62,227 nucleotides of DNA from NCBI GenBank assembly GCA_011391785.1, contig JAABPW010000114.1, forward strand, positions 1 to 62,227, given 5' to 3'. The position numbers and the translations under genes are program-made. The stretch is from Verrucomicrobiota bacterium. Lineage in GTDB: Bacteria; Verrucomicrobiota; Kiritimatiellia; CAIKKV01; CAITUY01. This document shows positions 29,473-38,153 of the stretch, piece after piece (the stretch's first letter is position 1; the number at the start of each line of letters is the position of its first letter). The notes under the pieces are model-generated. The model saw nothing but the letters and a program-made list of their open reading frames with translations, did not search any database and was not told the origin of the DNA.

Positions 29473-30801
29473 ATGTTCAAGGGAAATTATCGTTGGGTGG
29501 TCTGTGGTCTCCTTTTTTTCGCGACGACGGTCAACTATATCGACCGGCAGATCCTGTCGCTGGTGAAGGAGTTCCTGGATGTGCAATTCGGATGGAGCAA
29601 GGCTGATTTCGGTCTTGTCAATTCCCTGTTTCAGCTTGCCTATGGCGCAGGACTTCTGTTCTTCGGCTGGTTTGTGGACCGGTTTGGGGTCAAGCTGGGA
29701 TATGCGGTTTCGATGGTGGGATGGAGTTTGGCGGCGATGGCGCACGCCGTGGTGCAGTGGCTGCCTGGTTCCGCCAGTGTCCAGATCGGTGGCCGGGTGT
29801 TCGGGGCGGCTGCGCTGGCGGTCGCCGCATTTGGGTTGTGCCGGGTGCTGCTTGGACTCGCAGAAGCGGGCAATTTTCCTGCTGCCGTCAAGAGTACCGC
29901 GCAGTGGTTCCCGAAGCGGGAGCGCGCTTTTGCCACAAGCCTCTTCAATGCCGGAACAAATATGGGAGCGTTGCTGGCTCCGGCGGTGGTGCCGCTGCTG
30001 GCTATCAAGTTTGGCTGGGGGATGCCCTTCATTGCCGCCGGCCTGATCGGGTTCATCTGGCTTGGGTTCTGGATCCGGATGTATGATGTGCCGGAAAAGC
30101 ATCCCAGCGTGGATAAGGCAGAGCTTGAGCATATTCTCAGTGACAGGGAAGACACCTCAGTGGAGAAGCTGCGGTGGATTGACCTGCTTCGCTACAAGCA
30201 GGTGTGGTCGTTCATCATGGCCAAATTCCTGACTGATCCGGTTTGGTGGTTTTTCCTGATCTGGCTCCCGGACTATTTCAAGACCACGCGCAACCTTGAC
30301 ATCAAGCACAGTTGGCCCCTGCTGGTGACCATTTATGGGATCATTACCGTGCTGAGCATCTTTGGCGGCTGGATCACAGGGCATTTGGCCCGGTCTGGCT
30401 GGAGTGTCACGCGGGCCCGGAAGACCTGCATGTTCATATTTGCGCTTTGTGTGCTACCGATTTTCTTTGTGACCGAGGTGGGGGATTGGCCGGCGGTGCT
30501 TCTGATCGGGTTGGCAGGCGCTGCGCATCAGGCGTGGTCGGCTAATCTGTACACGACCGTTTCCGACATGTTCCCGAAGCGGGCGGTAGCCTCGATCATC
30601 GGGTTGGGCGGTATGGCTGGATCGATGGGGGGGTTCTTCTTCCCGATCGTGACAGGCAAGATGCTGGATCATTACCGGTTGGCGGGCAATGAGACGGCGG
30701 GGTATTCCCTCCTGTTTGCCATCTGCGCCTTCGCCTATGTCGTTGCCTTCGCGGTTCACCACTTCCTTGCGCCTAAGTTTGAATCGGCGATGAAGGAGTA
30801 G
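29473..30801 (+). CDS. MFS transporter, hexuronate (ExuT/ACS) type
   Basis: 442 aa, 12 predicted TM. N-terminal NYIDRQILS motif typical of the anion:cation symporter subfamily. Clusters with uxaC. Confidence 0.8.
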   Translation: MFKGNYRWVVCGLLFFATTVNYIDRQILSLVKEFLDVQFGWSKADFGLVNSLFQLAYGAGLLFFGWFVDRFGVKLGYAVSMVGWSLAAMAHAVVQWLPGSASVQIGGRVFGAAALAVAAFGLCRVLLGLAEAGNFPAAVKSTAQWFPKRERAFATSLFNAGTNMGALLAPAVVPLLAIKFGWGMPFIAAGLIGFIWLGFWIRMYDVPEKHPSVDKAELEHILSDREDTSVEKLRWIDLLRYKQVWSFIMAKFLTDPVWWFFLIWLPDYFKTTRNLDIKHSWPLLVTIYGIITVLSIFGGWITGHLARSGWSVTRARKTCMFIFALCVLPIFFVTEVGDWPAVLLIGLAGAAHQAWSANLYTTVSDMFPKRAVASIIGLGGMAGSMGGFFFPIVTGKMLDHYRLAGNETAGYSLLFAICAFAYVVAFAVHHFLAPKFESAMKE

Positions 30802-30839
30802 ATTGCATTAGGGGCCCTGGATGTTTTATTCTCGAGCCC

Positions 30840-33344
30840 ATGAATGTCAGGCACGCACCGTTCCGTATTTGGGCGGTCATTCTGGGATTGATTATCCCCC
30901 AGGCTGGGCGGGGGGACCCATCCCAGCCTTGGGCTGAGCCCTTGTCGGCGGGACGGATCAACCTCGGCGCCCATTTCGGGGATCAGCAGGCGGAAAGTTT
31001 CGGGGATGTTCTGGCTCCCGTGCTCGCTACACAGGATAGTCTTGTCTTTGTCAATCCGCGTGGCTCATGGAATGACGATGACGGGCAGGAATTCAACTTC
31101 GGTGCCGGGTATCGCAGACTTTTCCCGGATCGGGGCTTCATCGTTGGGGGCACCCTCTTCTATGACCTGCGAAATACCTCGCTTGATAACACGTGTAATC
31201 AACTTGGATTCGGGATGGAATTCCTGAGCCAGTGGATAGATCTGCGTGTGAACGCCTATCTGCCCCTGGACGGGAAGCAAACCACGGACAGGTTTGTGAC
31301 GGGATCAGGACGTGCCCAGGAGCACAACAGCTACTGGTATGCGCCAACAGGGCGAGGAAATGATATAACCCAGTACGGTTATGACGTCACCACAACCTAT
31401 GACGTCAAAACCTTGCAACACTATCAGATAACCGAACAGGCCATGGAGGGGGTTGATGGCGAAATCGGGTCCCTGATTCCTTTGCCTGTTGTGAAGGATT
31501 ATGCCGACATTAAGGTGTTTGTCGGGTACTACGAGTATAATGCCCACTACGGCAACGACATTTCCGGGATCAAGGGGCGCTTGGAAATAAAGCCTGTTCC
31601 TGCGTTGTGTCTTGATGTCGCATGGTTCGAGGATAAAGCCCTTATCGGGTCCCGCTATTCCGCCGGGGTCCGGGTATCGGTACCGTTTGATCTGGCGAAT
31701 CTAAGCCGGGGAAAGAACCCGTTTTCAGGAGCCTGGGATGGATTCAAGTCCGGCGGTGGCAGGGCGTCAGTGGCTTCTCGCATGACAGAGATGGTCATGC
31801 GTGACCTGCATATCCGTACGGATTTTTCCGAGCCGGTGGAGCTGGTTTCGGATCGGCGCGAGTTGAGTCGAACGGTAGCCTCCATGGATCGTCAGGATTA
31901 CAATCTGGTTCTGGTCTCCGGGGTGACGTTTGTGGATGATGACAACCGGAGCGGGCTGGAGAACGGGACGTGGGAAAACCCGTTTAGGCAGATCAATACG
32001 GGCATTCAGAACGCTGTTGGCACGATGGTTTATGTGAGGGATGCGGCGCAGCAGTATCAGGAGCAGGTTGTGATGCGCTCAGGTATGACGCTTTGGGGTA
32101 GTGGTGCCCCGATTTACGGACAGGGCAACCGCGTCATGGGCGGGGTATATCCGGTGGTAAACGGGATGGGGCGTGGCCCGGCGATCACCCTGGCGAGCCA
32201 TGTGACGGTGGCCGGCGTTGAAGTTGTTCAGCATGGTTCGGCCCTGGAGACGAATCCCTATCCCTGGCCCTGGAATAATGTCGGCATCTTTGGAGACGGC
32301 GTGACCGATGTGTCGGTTCGGCAGAACTTCATTCATGGTGGCGGGCAGATGGATGCAGGGATTTTTCTCCGCGCGTGGTCGATGGCTTCTTTTGAGGCGG
32401 ATATTTCGGGGAACCAGATTGATGATGTGAGCGGGCATGGGATTGCCTGTGATATTTCCGGCGTCAATGATGTGAATGTGATTTTAGGTGAGAACATCGT
32501 GACGCGATGCGACAGATCTGGCGTTGTTTTGTCCGCCTCAGGGGCTGACCGCTTAAAGGCTCGTGTATCCGGAGACTATTCCCGGAATGGTGAGAGCGGA
32601 ATCCTTGCGGATTTCTCGGCGAATGACTTGATTGACGCCTCGTTCACGAATGTCCGGGCAGACGGCAATCAAAACGGTTTGAGGGTTGGGGCGGATTGCC
32701 TTTTCGGTGACATTGATATCGATATCGGCCATGTCATGGCAACCGGGAACCACGGTGCTGGTATCGGTATTGAGCTGGAAGGATCCTCCCGCATCAGCGC
32801 CACGGTTCATGACAACATGGCCAGCGGGAATGACGGCAGTGGAATCCGTGTGGCGGCTACCAGTTACAATGGGGATGTCTTCTTGTTGCTGAAGGACAAT
32901 GAGGCAGGCGGGAATGGAATCAACGGCCTTGTGGCAAGCCTCGCGGCGGCCTGGGATATCAGGGCGGATGCCATTGCCAATACGGGAAATGGGAATGGGG
33001 GCGACGGGCTGAATTTGCAGGCATCAGCTGGCGGATGCCTGCAGTTGTTCGGCGAACGCAATGTAACTCGAAACAACTCGAATGATGGAATTTATGTGCA
33101 GACCTCCGCTGATGCGGGGGCCGTCAACCGACAATATGATTTCGGGGGTGGAGTGCTGGGTAGCGCGGGTAATAACGTCATGACGGGCAACGGAGGCTAT
33201 GCGCTGGAGCGGTCCGGCGCTGGCGCGTTCTCGGCCCGTTTCAATTACTGGGCTGGAGTGGTTCCCCCGGTGTCTGGCTCGGAATTCTCGGGAATCGGCC
33301 TTGATGTGAGTGACGCCCTCTCAACGGATCCGGCATTCCCTTGA
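30840..33344 (+). CDS. Inverse-autotransporter-like outer-membrane protein with a right-handed beta-helix passenger
   Basis: Hydrophobic N-terminus. Residues ~60-330 match intimin/invasin beta-domain signature blocks (NFGAGYRRLF..GGTLFYDL...QLGFGMEFLSQWIDLRVNAYLPL). Residues ~370-834 are G/N/D-rich ~22-25 aa repeats (GNGxxGI...) typical of parallel beta-helix/NosD-like folds, ending with an NYWAG motif. Confidence 0.65.
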   Translation: MNVRHAPFRIWAVILGLIIPQAGRGDPSQPWAEPLSAGRINLGAHFGDQQAESFGDVLAPVLATQDSLVFVNPRGSWNDDDGQEFNFGAGYRRLFPDRGFIVGGTLFYDLRNTSLDNTCNQLGFGMEFLSQWIDLRVNAYLPLDGKQTTDRFVTGSGRAQEHNSYWYAPTGRGNDITQYGYDVTTTYDVKTLQHYQITEQAMEGVDGEIGSLIPLPVVKDYADIKVFVGYYEYNAHYGNDISGIKGRLEIKPVPALCLDVAWFEDKALIGSRYSAGVRVSVPFDLANLSRGKNPFSGAWDGFKSGGGRASVASRMTEMVMRDLHIRTDFSEPVELVSDRRELSRTVASMDRQDYNLVLVSGVTFVDDDNRSGLENGTWENPFRQINTGIQNAVGTMVYVRDAAQQYQEQVVMRSGMTLWGSGAPIYGQGNRVMGGVYPVVNGMGRGPAITLASHVTVAGVEVVQHGSALETNPYPWPWNNVGIFGDGVTDVSVRQNFIHGGGQMDAGIFLRAWSMASFEADISGNQIDDVSGHGIACDISGVNDVNVILGENIVTRCDRSGVVLSASGADRLKARVSGDYSRNGESGILADFSANDLIDASFTNVRADGNQNGLRVGADCLFGDIDIDIGHVMATGNHGAGIGIELEGSSRISATVHDNMASGNDGSGIRVAATSYNGDVFLLLKDNEAGGNGINGLVASLAAAWDIRADAIANTGNGNGGDGLNLQASAGGCLQLFGERNVTRNNSNDGIYVQTSADAGAVNRQYDFGGGVLGSAGNNVMTGNGGYALERSGAGAFSARFNYWAGVVPPVSGSEFSGIGLDVSDALSTDPAFP

Positions 33345-33350
33345 GATTCG

Positions 33351-34286
33351 CTACTGGGCGAGCAGGGTGGCGGCAAGGAGTTCGGCGGCATCACTGGCTG
33401 GGCAGTGAATCTTCAGTGTGACATCTTTTCCGTCCTGCGTAATTGTTCCCAGCTTAGCCAGATTGGCGAAGGGTGTGGATTCCTCGGATAAGCTCGAGAC
33501 AAACATAATTCCCTTCAGGGTCTGGTGGATAAATATTGCGGCATCGGCTGAGATGGCCTCGATGATGAGTGATCCGTCCACGAGACCGGCTTGTTCACTG
33601 ATTTGAATGGTTGCCAGTTCGGTGTATTTCAGTACCTGTGCGATCACGGGAGACGGGCTGGCTCCCGCATAGCCGCGTGTCACGGCTGTGAAAAAGGATC
33701 CCTTCCGCGCGGGGGGAATGGGGAGTACGGGAGCTTTCCCGTTGGAAAGCGTCGGGCTGTCTCCACTCACGGCTGTGTCGGCCTTCAGCAGGGAGGGTTC
33801 GTCGGAGGCGAGGAGCAATTGACGCGATGTGTGGAATGCGGCCCACAGCGGGCGTCCGGTGGATTTGTCCTGCCAGGCGTGTAGTGTTAATTTTCCGGAG
33901 TTCTTTGTGCGGTACTGGGGATACGTGCTGAACTGCCTCGTGATAGACCGGTTGTTTAGTGACCCATTTATCAAGGCTACGCCGCGGCTTCCAGTCATCT
34001 CGTTGCCGTACACCGTTAAACCCGTTAGATCCTTGAGGGGATCCACGCCTAGCAGGGTTCGATAGCGGTTTAGCAGGACTTGAAAGTTTTTAGCGTCAGT
34101 CTGTTTGCTGGTACTGAGTATCCGGCAGGTTTTGGAAGGGCTGAACTGATCCATATCCAAGTGGATGATCCACTTAGCCCCTGATGAAACCTGTGATTTT
34201 GGAAGAGGGCCGGCTATGACGGGTGCGGCCTCCATCATCAGGATGCCGGTTACAGCGATAAGGAGAAAAGGGTAGCGAGTTGTCAT
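33351..34286 (-). CDS. Hypothetical secreted protein (no recognisable family)
   Basis: 311 aa with signal-like N-terminus MTTRYPFLLIAVTGILMMEAAPVIAG. Starts 7 nt after the stop of the upstream DUF2723 gene, so co-transcription is likely. Confidence 0.6.
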   Translation of the reverse strand: MTTRYPFLLIAVTGILMMEAAPVIAGPLPKSQVSSGAKWIIHLDMDQFSPSKTCRILSTSKQTDAKNFQVLLNRYRTLLGVDPLKDLTGLTVYGNEMTGSRGVALINGSLNNRSITRQFSTYPQYRTKNSGKLTLHAWQDKSTGRPLWAAFHTSRQLLLASDEPSLLKADTAVSGDSPTLSNGKAPVLPIPPARKGSFFTAVTRGYAGASPSPVIAQVLKYTELATIQISEQAGLVDGSLIIEAISADAAIFIHQTLKGIMFVSSLSEESTPFANLAKLGTITQDGKDVTLKIHCPASDAAELLAATLLAQ

Positions 34287-34293
34287 GACATCA

Positions 34294-37200
34294 CTACAGT
34301 GCCGGGTTCATGAGTGGAAAACTTCCCATATCCTGATTTTTTGCAGGGGGCACGAGCGCCTTGAAGGGGGGCGCGTCGCGAAGGGGGGCGAAACGGGGAT
34401 CGTTGCGAAGCAGGCCGCGAGCAACCTCCCCACCCACCTCTACAGCCTTCCGCAGGGAGTTGAAAGCATCTTGGGGCTTGTTCAAAATCAACTGGGTGTA
34501 GGCCAGATCGATCCAACTCTTAAATGCGGTGGGATCGCGGGTCAGGTACTTCTGGAGGGCGTAGACCTGGAGATCCCAGCGCTTGCCTGATTCGAAGAAC
34601 CGGGCAACCGCCAGGCAGGCCTCGGGGGGCAGGGTCGGGCTGTCCACGAGGCCTCGGGTTAGGCCCTGAAACTGGCCTTCCATGCCCAGTCGCTGATATA
34701 CGGAAGCCAGCTCCATGGCGCGGCCGAAATCCAGTTTCCCCTTGGCCATTTCCGCCTCGAGTTCCTTGCGATGGGCGTCATCCTTGGATGCATTCTGGAT
34801 CGATTGGAGGAAATTCTTGGCGTTTTGATTATAGGGATCCAGCGCGATGTAGCCTTCCATGACCTTTTTCGCATCATCATAGCGCTGTTGGCGCATGTAG
34901 AGGTCGGAGAGCCGGAAGCAGGCTTCCGGGCTTTCCGGGCAGAGTTCGCGGGACTGTTTGAAGGCATACTCGGCCTCCCCGATCAGGCCGCGTGCGGCGT
35001 AGAGTCCGGCGATGGCGGACCGCATTTTTGAAAATGATTTCTTAGCATCGGAGTTGCGCCTGAAATCCTCGCGTGCGAGGAATTCCTGGCTCAATTTGTT
35101 CCAATAGGTCCTGTCGCGCGCCACGATATCGGTCCAGACCTTGGGGTTTTCCTGCGGCGAGGGAACAGGATCCTTTTCGATTTTCATAATCACGCCAAAC
35201 GGGGTCAGGAAGGAATACATCCAAGGGATGACGTAGCTCTCCTCGATGTAGAAGGAGTGCTTGTCCTTGTTTTTGTCGAAGATCCACCGGGCAAGGATGC
35301 CGTTAATGGTCATGACGCCGCCGACACCCTGGACGCTGACCCGTCCATTCTCGATCTTGATGTCGGCGCTGGCGGGGATCTTCCCGGTCTGAACGTCCCG
35401 TACATATTCCTGGAAAGCCCGGTTGTTATCCTCTCCGCTGGGGATATAGATGGGTTGCACCGGGTAGGTGTGGTCGCGGCGGAGGAGTTTCTGGAAGGGG
35501 CCGTCATTTTTCGGCCGGGTGAAATCATAATGATCCCGGATATAGTTCATGTAGGTATTATCGGCCAGAGCGTTCTGGGTGATGATATAGACGTCCGAGC
35601 GGTCAAAGTCCTTGTCCCTGAACCGGTCCTTGGGAGCGACTCGGCTTTCACAGAAGATCATGTAGGTGGGGACGAACCGGCCCGGATCAGTGCCGCCGTA
35701 GAGGACGGAATCCTTATCCATGTCGGGATACCCGTTTCCCGGTTTGAACATCAAATAGCCGAAGAGGTAGCCGAAGTCATGGCCGCGCAGATTGCAGAGG
35801 GCGAGATTCTGCCGGTAGGAAACCACCGGGATGGCGAGCAGGGCGATGCAGGCGATCCGGACGATCCAGCCGCCAATCACTTTCTGCTGCCAGGCGATGA
35901 GGCTGAAAAGCACGGCGATGCCGTAGCCAATGAGCATGGCATAGAACCCGTGGGCCGGGGCGAAGAACTTGATGTTGATCTCCTGGTCCTGGCGATCCAG
36001 TTTCGGATTGATGATGGTCAGCAATCCGAGGCTGGTGATCAGGAATGCGACCCAGACGAAAGCCATCCAGGATCGTCCGCGGGGTTTGCAACGGGTCCAG
36101 ATATAGAAGAACACGATGGGAGTGACCAAGCCAAGCAGGGTAAGCGGCAGGGAGTACTGGTTGACCATGGCCTGAAGGAACAGCTTGATCTTAATGAAGA
36201 ATTCCTCGCTGAAGAAGCTTGCCGTGTTGATTTTTTCGTACTGGCCGCGGGTGACGGCATGCACGAAACCCTCCTTGGTGGCGGCGTAACCCCAGTTCAT
36301 GGGCGGATTTGTCCAAGCCGCCAGCGGCATATAAATGTAAACAGAGACACCGGCCATGAACGTGCCGGCTGAAATCATGGCCCGACGAGGGCTCCACCAA
36401 CCGGTTTTAGCGCCGACGATAATGCCAGCCAGACCGATTCCGCCGGCGGCAATGCCCTGCCAGAGCGTTGTGCTTCTCAACATTTCGGCCGTCCCGTTGG
36501 TGGTTAGCCAGGCCCAGATAAGGAGCCCCACCAGGAGGCTGATGCAACCGGCTACGGCCAGCTCGAAGAAGTTGGACTGGGTGCGCATGAAAATTCCGAC
36601 CATGTCGGGGGCCGTCGGGGTCTTGCTCCGGGTGTCCATGAACTGGTCTAGTCCGACCAGGAAAACCCCCACGGCGAAGGGGATCGCCATGACCGCGATG
36701 GTCTGGTGGTTGGAGAGGCTTAATCCGAAGATCAGAAGCATTACGTTCAGGAAACCGCGGCGATGGGGTTGGATGGTCCAGGCGAAGAAGACGCAGCTGG
36801 TGAGAATGAAGGAAAAGACGTTCAGGACGCGCATTTCGGAGACGCAAGCCCAGAGCCAGACGCCGCGGTTGAATCCGAACAGCAGGGCACAGGATGCGCC
36901 GATAAAAAGAGCCATCCAGTGCTGCAGGCTCTCGTCGATTTTTTCGCCCCATGGCAGTGAATGCAGGAGGAGTCGCAAGCTGCGGGTCATGATGATGGTC
37001 ATGAACCCGACGGTCAGGGCGCCCGTCACCACGGAGAGGAGGCCCATCCGCCAGGCGGGGTTGCCGAACGGCACGACGAAGTGACTCCAGATGTAGCCCA
37101 TCAAGGCCCAGAGCGGGTAACCGGGAGGATGAGGGACGCCAAACGTGAAAGCTCCTGTTACCAGCTCTCCTGAATCCTGAAGCGTCACCTCGGGAGCCAT

Positions 37201-37365
37201 GTAGTAGTAGAAGGTCAGTCCCGAAATGAGCGTGGTGATGAATGCAGCGATCCAGTCCTCCGCCTTGATGAAGTGACGGAGACTTTCGGTCGGTTCGGCC
37301 AGAAGATCGGATGCCGGCAGTATGACTTCGTTATTGTCCACAGGTACAGTCGTTTTCGATGCCAT
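34294..37365 (-). CDS. DUF2723-family polytopic membrane protein (GT-C-like, TMEM260-related) with C-terminal TPR repeats
   Basis: 1023 aa. N-terminal signature DSGELVTGAFTFGVPHPPGYPLWALMGYIW. More than 10 TM segments over ~500 aa. The C-terminal ~300 aa holds TPR-like helical repeats. Confidence 0.75.
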   Translation of the reverse strand: MASKTTVPVDNNEVILPASDLLAEPTESLRHFIKAEDWIAAFITTLISGLTFYYYMAPEVTLQDSGELVTGAFTFGVPHPPGYPLWALMGYIWSHFVVPFGNPAWRMGLLSVVTGALTVGFMTIIMTRSLRLLLHSLPWGEKIDESLQHWMALFIGASCALLFGFNRGVWLWACVSEMRVLNVFSFILTSCVFFAWTIQPHRRGFLNVMLLIFGLSLSNHQTIAVMAIPFAVGVFLVGLDQFMDTRSKTPTAPDMVGIFMRTQSNFFELAVAGCISLLVGLLIWAWLTTNGTAEMLRSTTLWQGIAAGGIGLAGIIVGAKTGWWSPRRAMISAGTFMAGVSVYIYMPLAAWTNPPMNWGYAATKEGFVHAVTRGQYEKINTASFFSEEFFIKIKLFLQAMVNQYSLPLTLLGLVTPIVFFYIWTRCKPRGRSWMAFVWVAFLITSLGLLTIINPKLDRQDQEINIKFFAPAHGFYAMLIGYGIAVLFSLIAWQQKVIGGWIVRIACIALLAIPVVSYRQNLALCNLRGHDFGYLFGYLMFKPGNGYPDMDKDSVLYGGTDPGRFVPTYMIFCESRVAPKDRFRDKDFDRSDVYIITQNALADNTYMNYIRDHYDFTRPKNDGPFQKLLRRDHTYPVQPIYIPSGEDNNRAFQEYVRDVQTGKIPASADIKIENGRVSVQGVGGVMTINGILARWIFDKNKDKHSFYIEESYVIPWMYSFLTPFGVIMKIEKDPVPSPQENPKVWTDIVARDRTYWNKLSQEFLAREDFRRNSDAKKSFSKMRSAIAGLYAARGLIGEAEYAFKQSRELCPESPEACFRLSDLYMRQQRYDDAKKVMEGYIALDPYNQNAKNFLQSIQNASKDDAHRKELEAEMAKGKLDFGRAMELASVYQRLGMEGQFQGLTRGLVDSPTLPPEACLAVARFFESGKRWDLQVYALQKYLTRDPTAFKSWIDLAYTQLILNKPQDAFNSLRKAVEVGGEVARGLLRNDPRFAPLRDAPPFKALVPPAKNQDMGSFPLMNPAL

Positions 37366-37463
37366 CGGAACACACTCCCTAGAATCATTTGATCCTTATT
37401 TCGAGCCGCGAACACTATCAGTAAAACGCGATTTTGGCGAGATAGAAGCGATAAGCGACAAAT

Positions 37464-37493
37464 AAAAAAGGGACCGGTTTTTCAACCGATCCC
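37464..37493 (-). terminator. Rho-independent terminator after the RRM protein gene
   Basis: On the minus-strand RNA: GGGAUCGGUU-GAAA-AACCGGUCCC (10-bp stem, one G-U pair) followed by UUUUUU. Confidence 0.8.
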
Positions 37494-37519
37494 TTCTCAA
37501 GAATTAACTTGAAGCCGAC

Positions 37520-37930
37520 TTAGCGACGTCCGCCGCCGAAGCCACCGCTCCGGCCGCCCGGGCCACCACGTCCGCCACCACCGCCGAAGCCGCCCTTGCG
37601 CTCGCCGCCGAAACCACCGCCACCACCGCCGCGACGTTCACCGCCGAAGCCGCCGCCGCCACCACCACCGCCAACGCGGGGGGCCGGGGGACGCGCTTCG
37701 TTCACGATCATGGCGCGACCTTCAAGGTCCTGGCCATTCGTAGCCGCAATGGCCGCCGCCGCTTCCGCGTCGGTGCTCATCTCAACAAAGCCGAAGCCTT
37801 TGCCACGGCCGGTCATGCGATCAATGATCACATCAGCCGAATCCACCTTGCCATGCGCGGAAAAAACCTGCGCAAGTGTTTCACTGGTGACGCCATAGCT
37901 CAGATTGCCAACATACAGTTTCTTACCCAT
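37520..37930 (-). CDS. RRM-type RNA-binding protein with a Gly/Arg-rich C-terminal tail
   Basis: ATG at 37930 (MGKKLYVGNLSY = RNP2). KGFGFVEM = RNP1. Tail of GGFGGERRGGGG repeats. The longer track ORF start (38053) is non-conserved. Confidence 0.88.
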   Translation of the reverse strand: MGKKLYVGNLSYGVTSETLAQVFSAHGKVDSADVIIDRMTGRGKGFGFVEMSTDAEAAAAIAATNGQDLEGRAMIVNEARPPAPRVGGGGGGGGFGGERRGGGGGGFGGERKGGFGGGGGRGGPGGRSGGFGGGRR

Positions 37931-38153
37931 CTTTCGATCTCCTCTTTGAGGACTCGCGGATCCGTTCTTTTGCTTTCTGGCTCCTTTAGAAAGGGGTTCA
38001 ACTCGAACCCATTCAGGAGGAAGATCGAAATTTGTCGGGCCTTCGGGCTGCAAATAGCAACACTGGCCGGCTACCTTCGATTACCAACTTTCGAAAAATC
38101 CTACCGGAATCCCCCCTCGAAGTATAGTGATATAATGGGTTTTTTGCCCAATC

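Noticed and set aside
35257-36372. 371 aa plus-strand ORF (also 36356-37084)
   Set aside because: Antisense to the DUF2723 membrane protein gene, whose TM pattern and family signature support the minus strand. The plus-frame product is low-complexity and D/G/E/H-rich.
37520-37690. GGC/GCC-rich tandem-looking repeats
   Set aside because: This is the coding sequence of the Gly/Arg-rich tail of the RRM protein (GGFGGERRGGGG repeats). It is not an independent repeat element or a CRISPR array.
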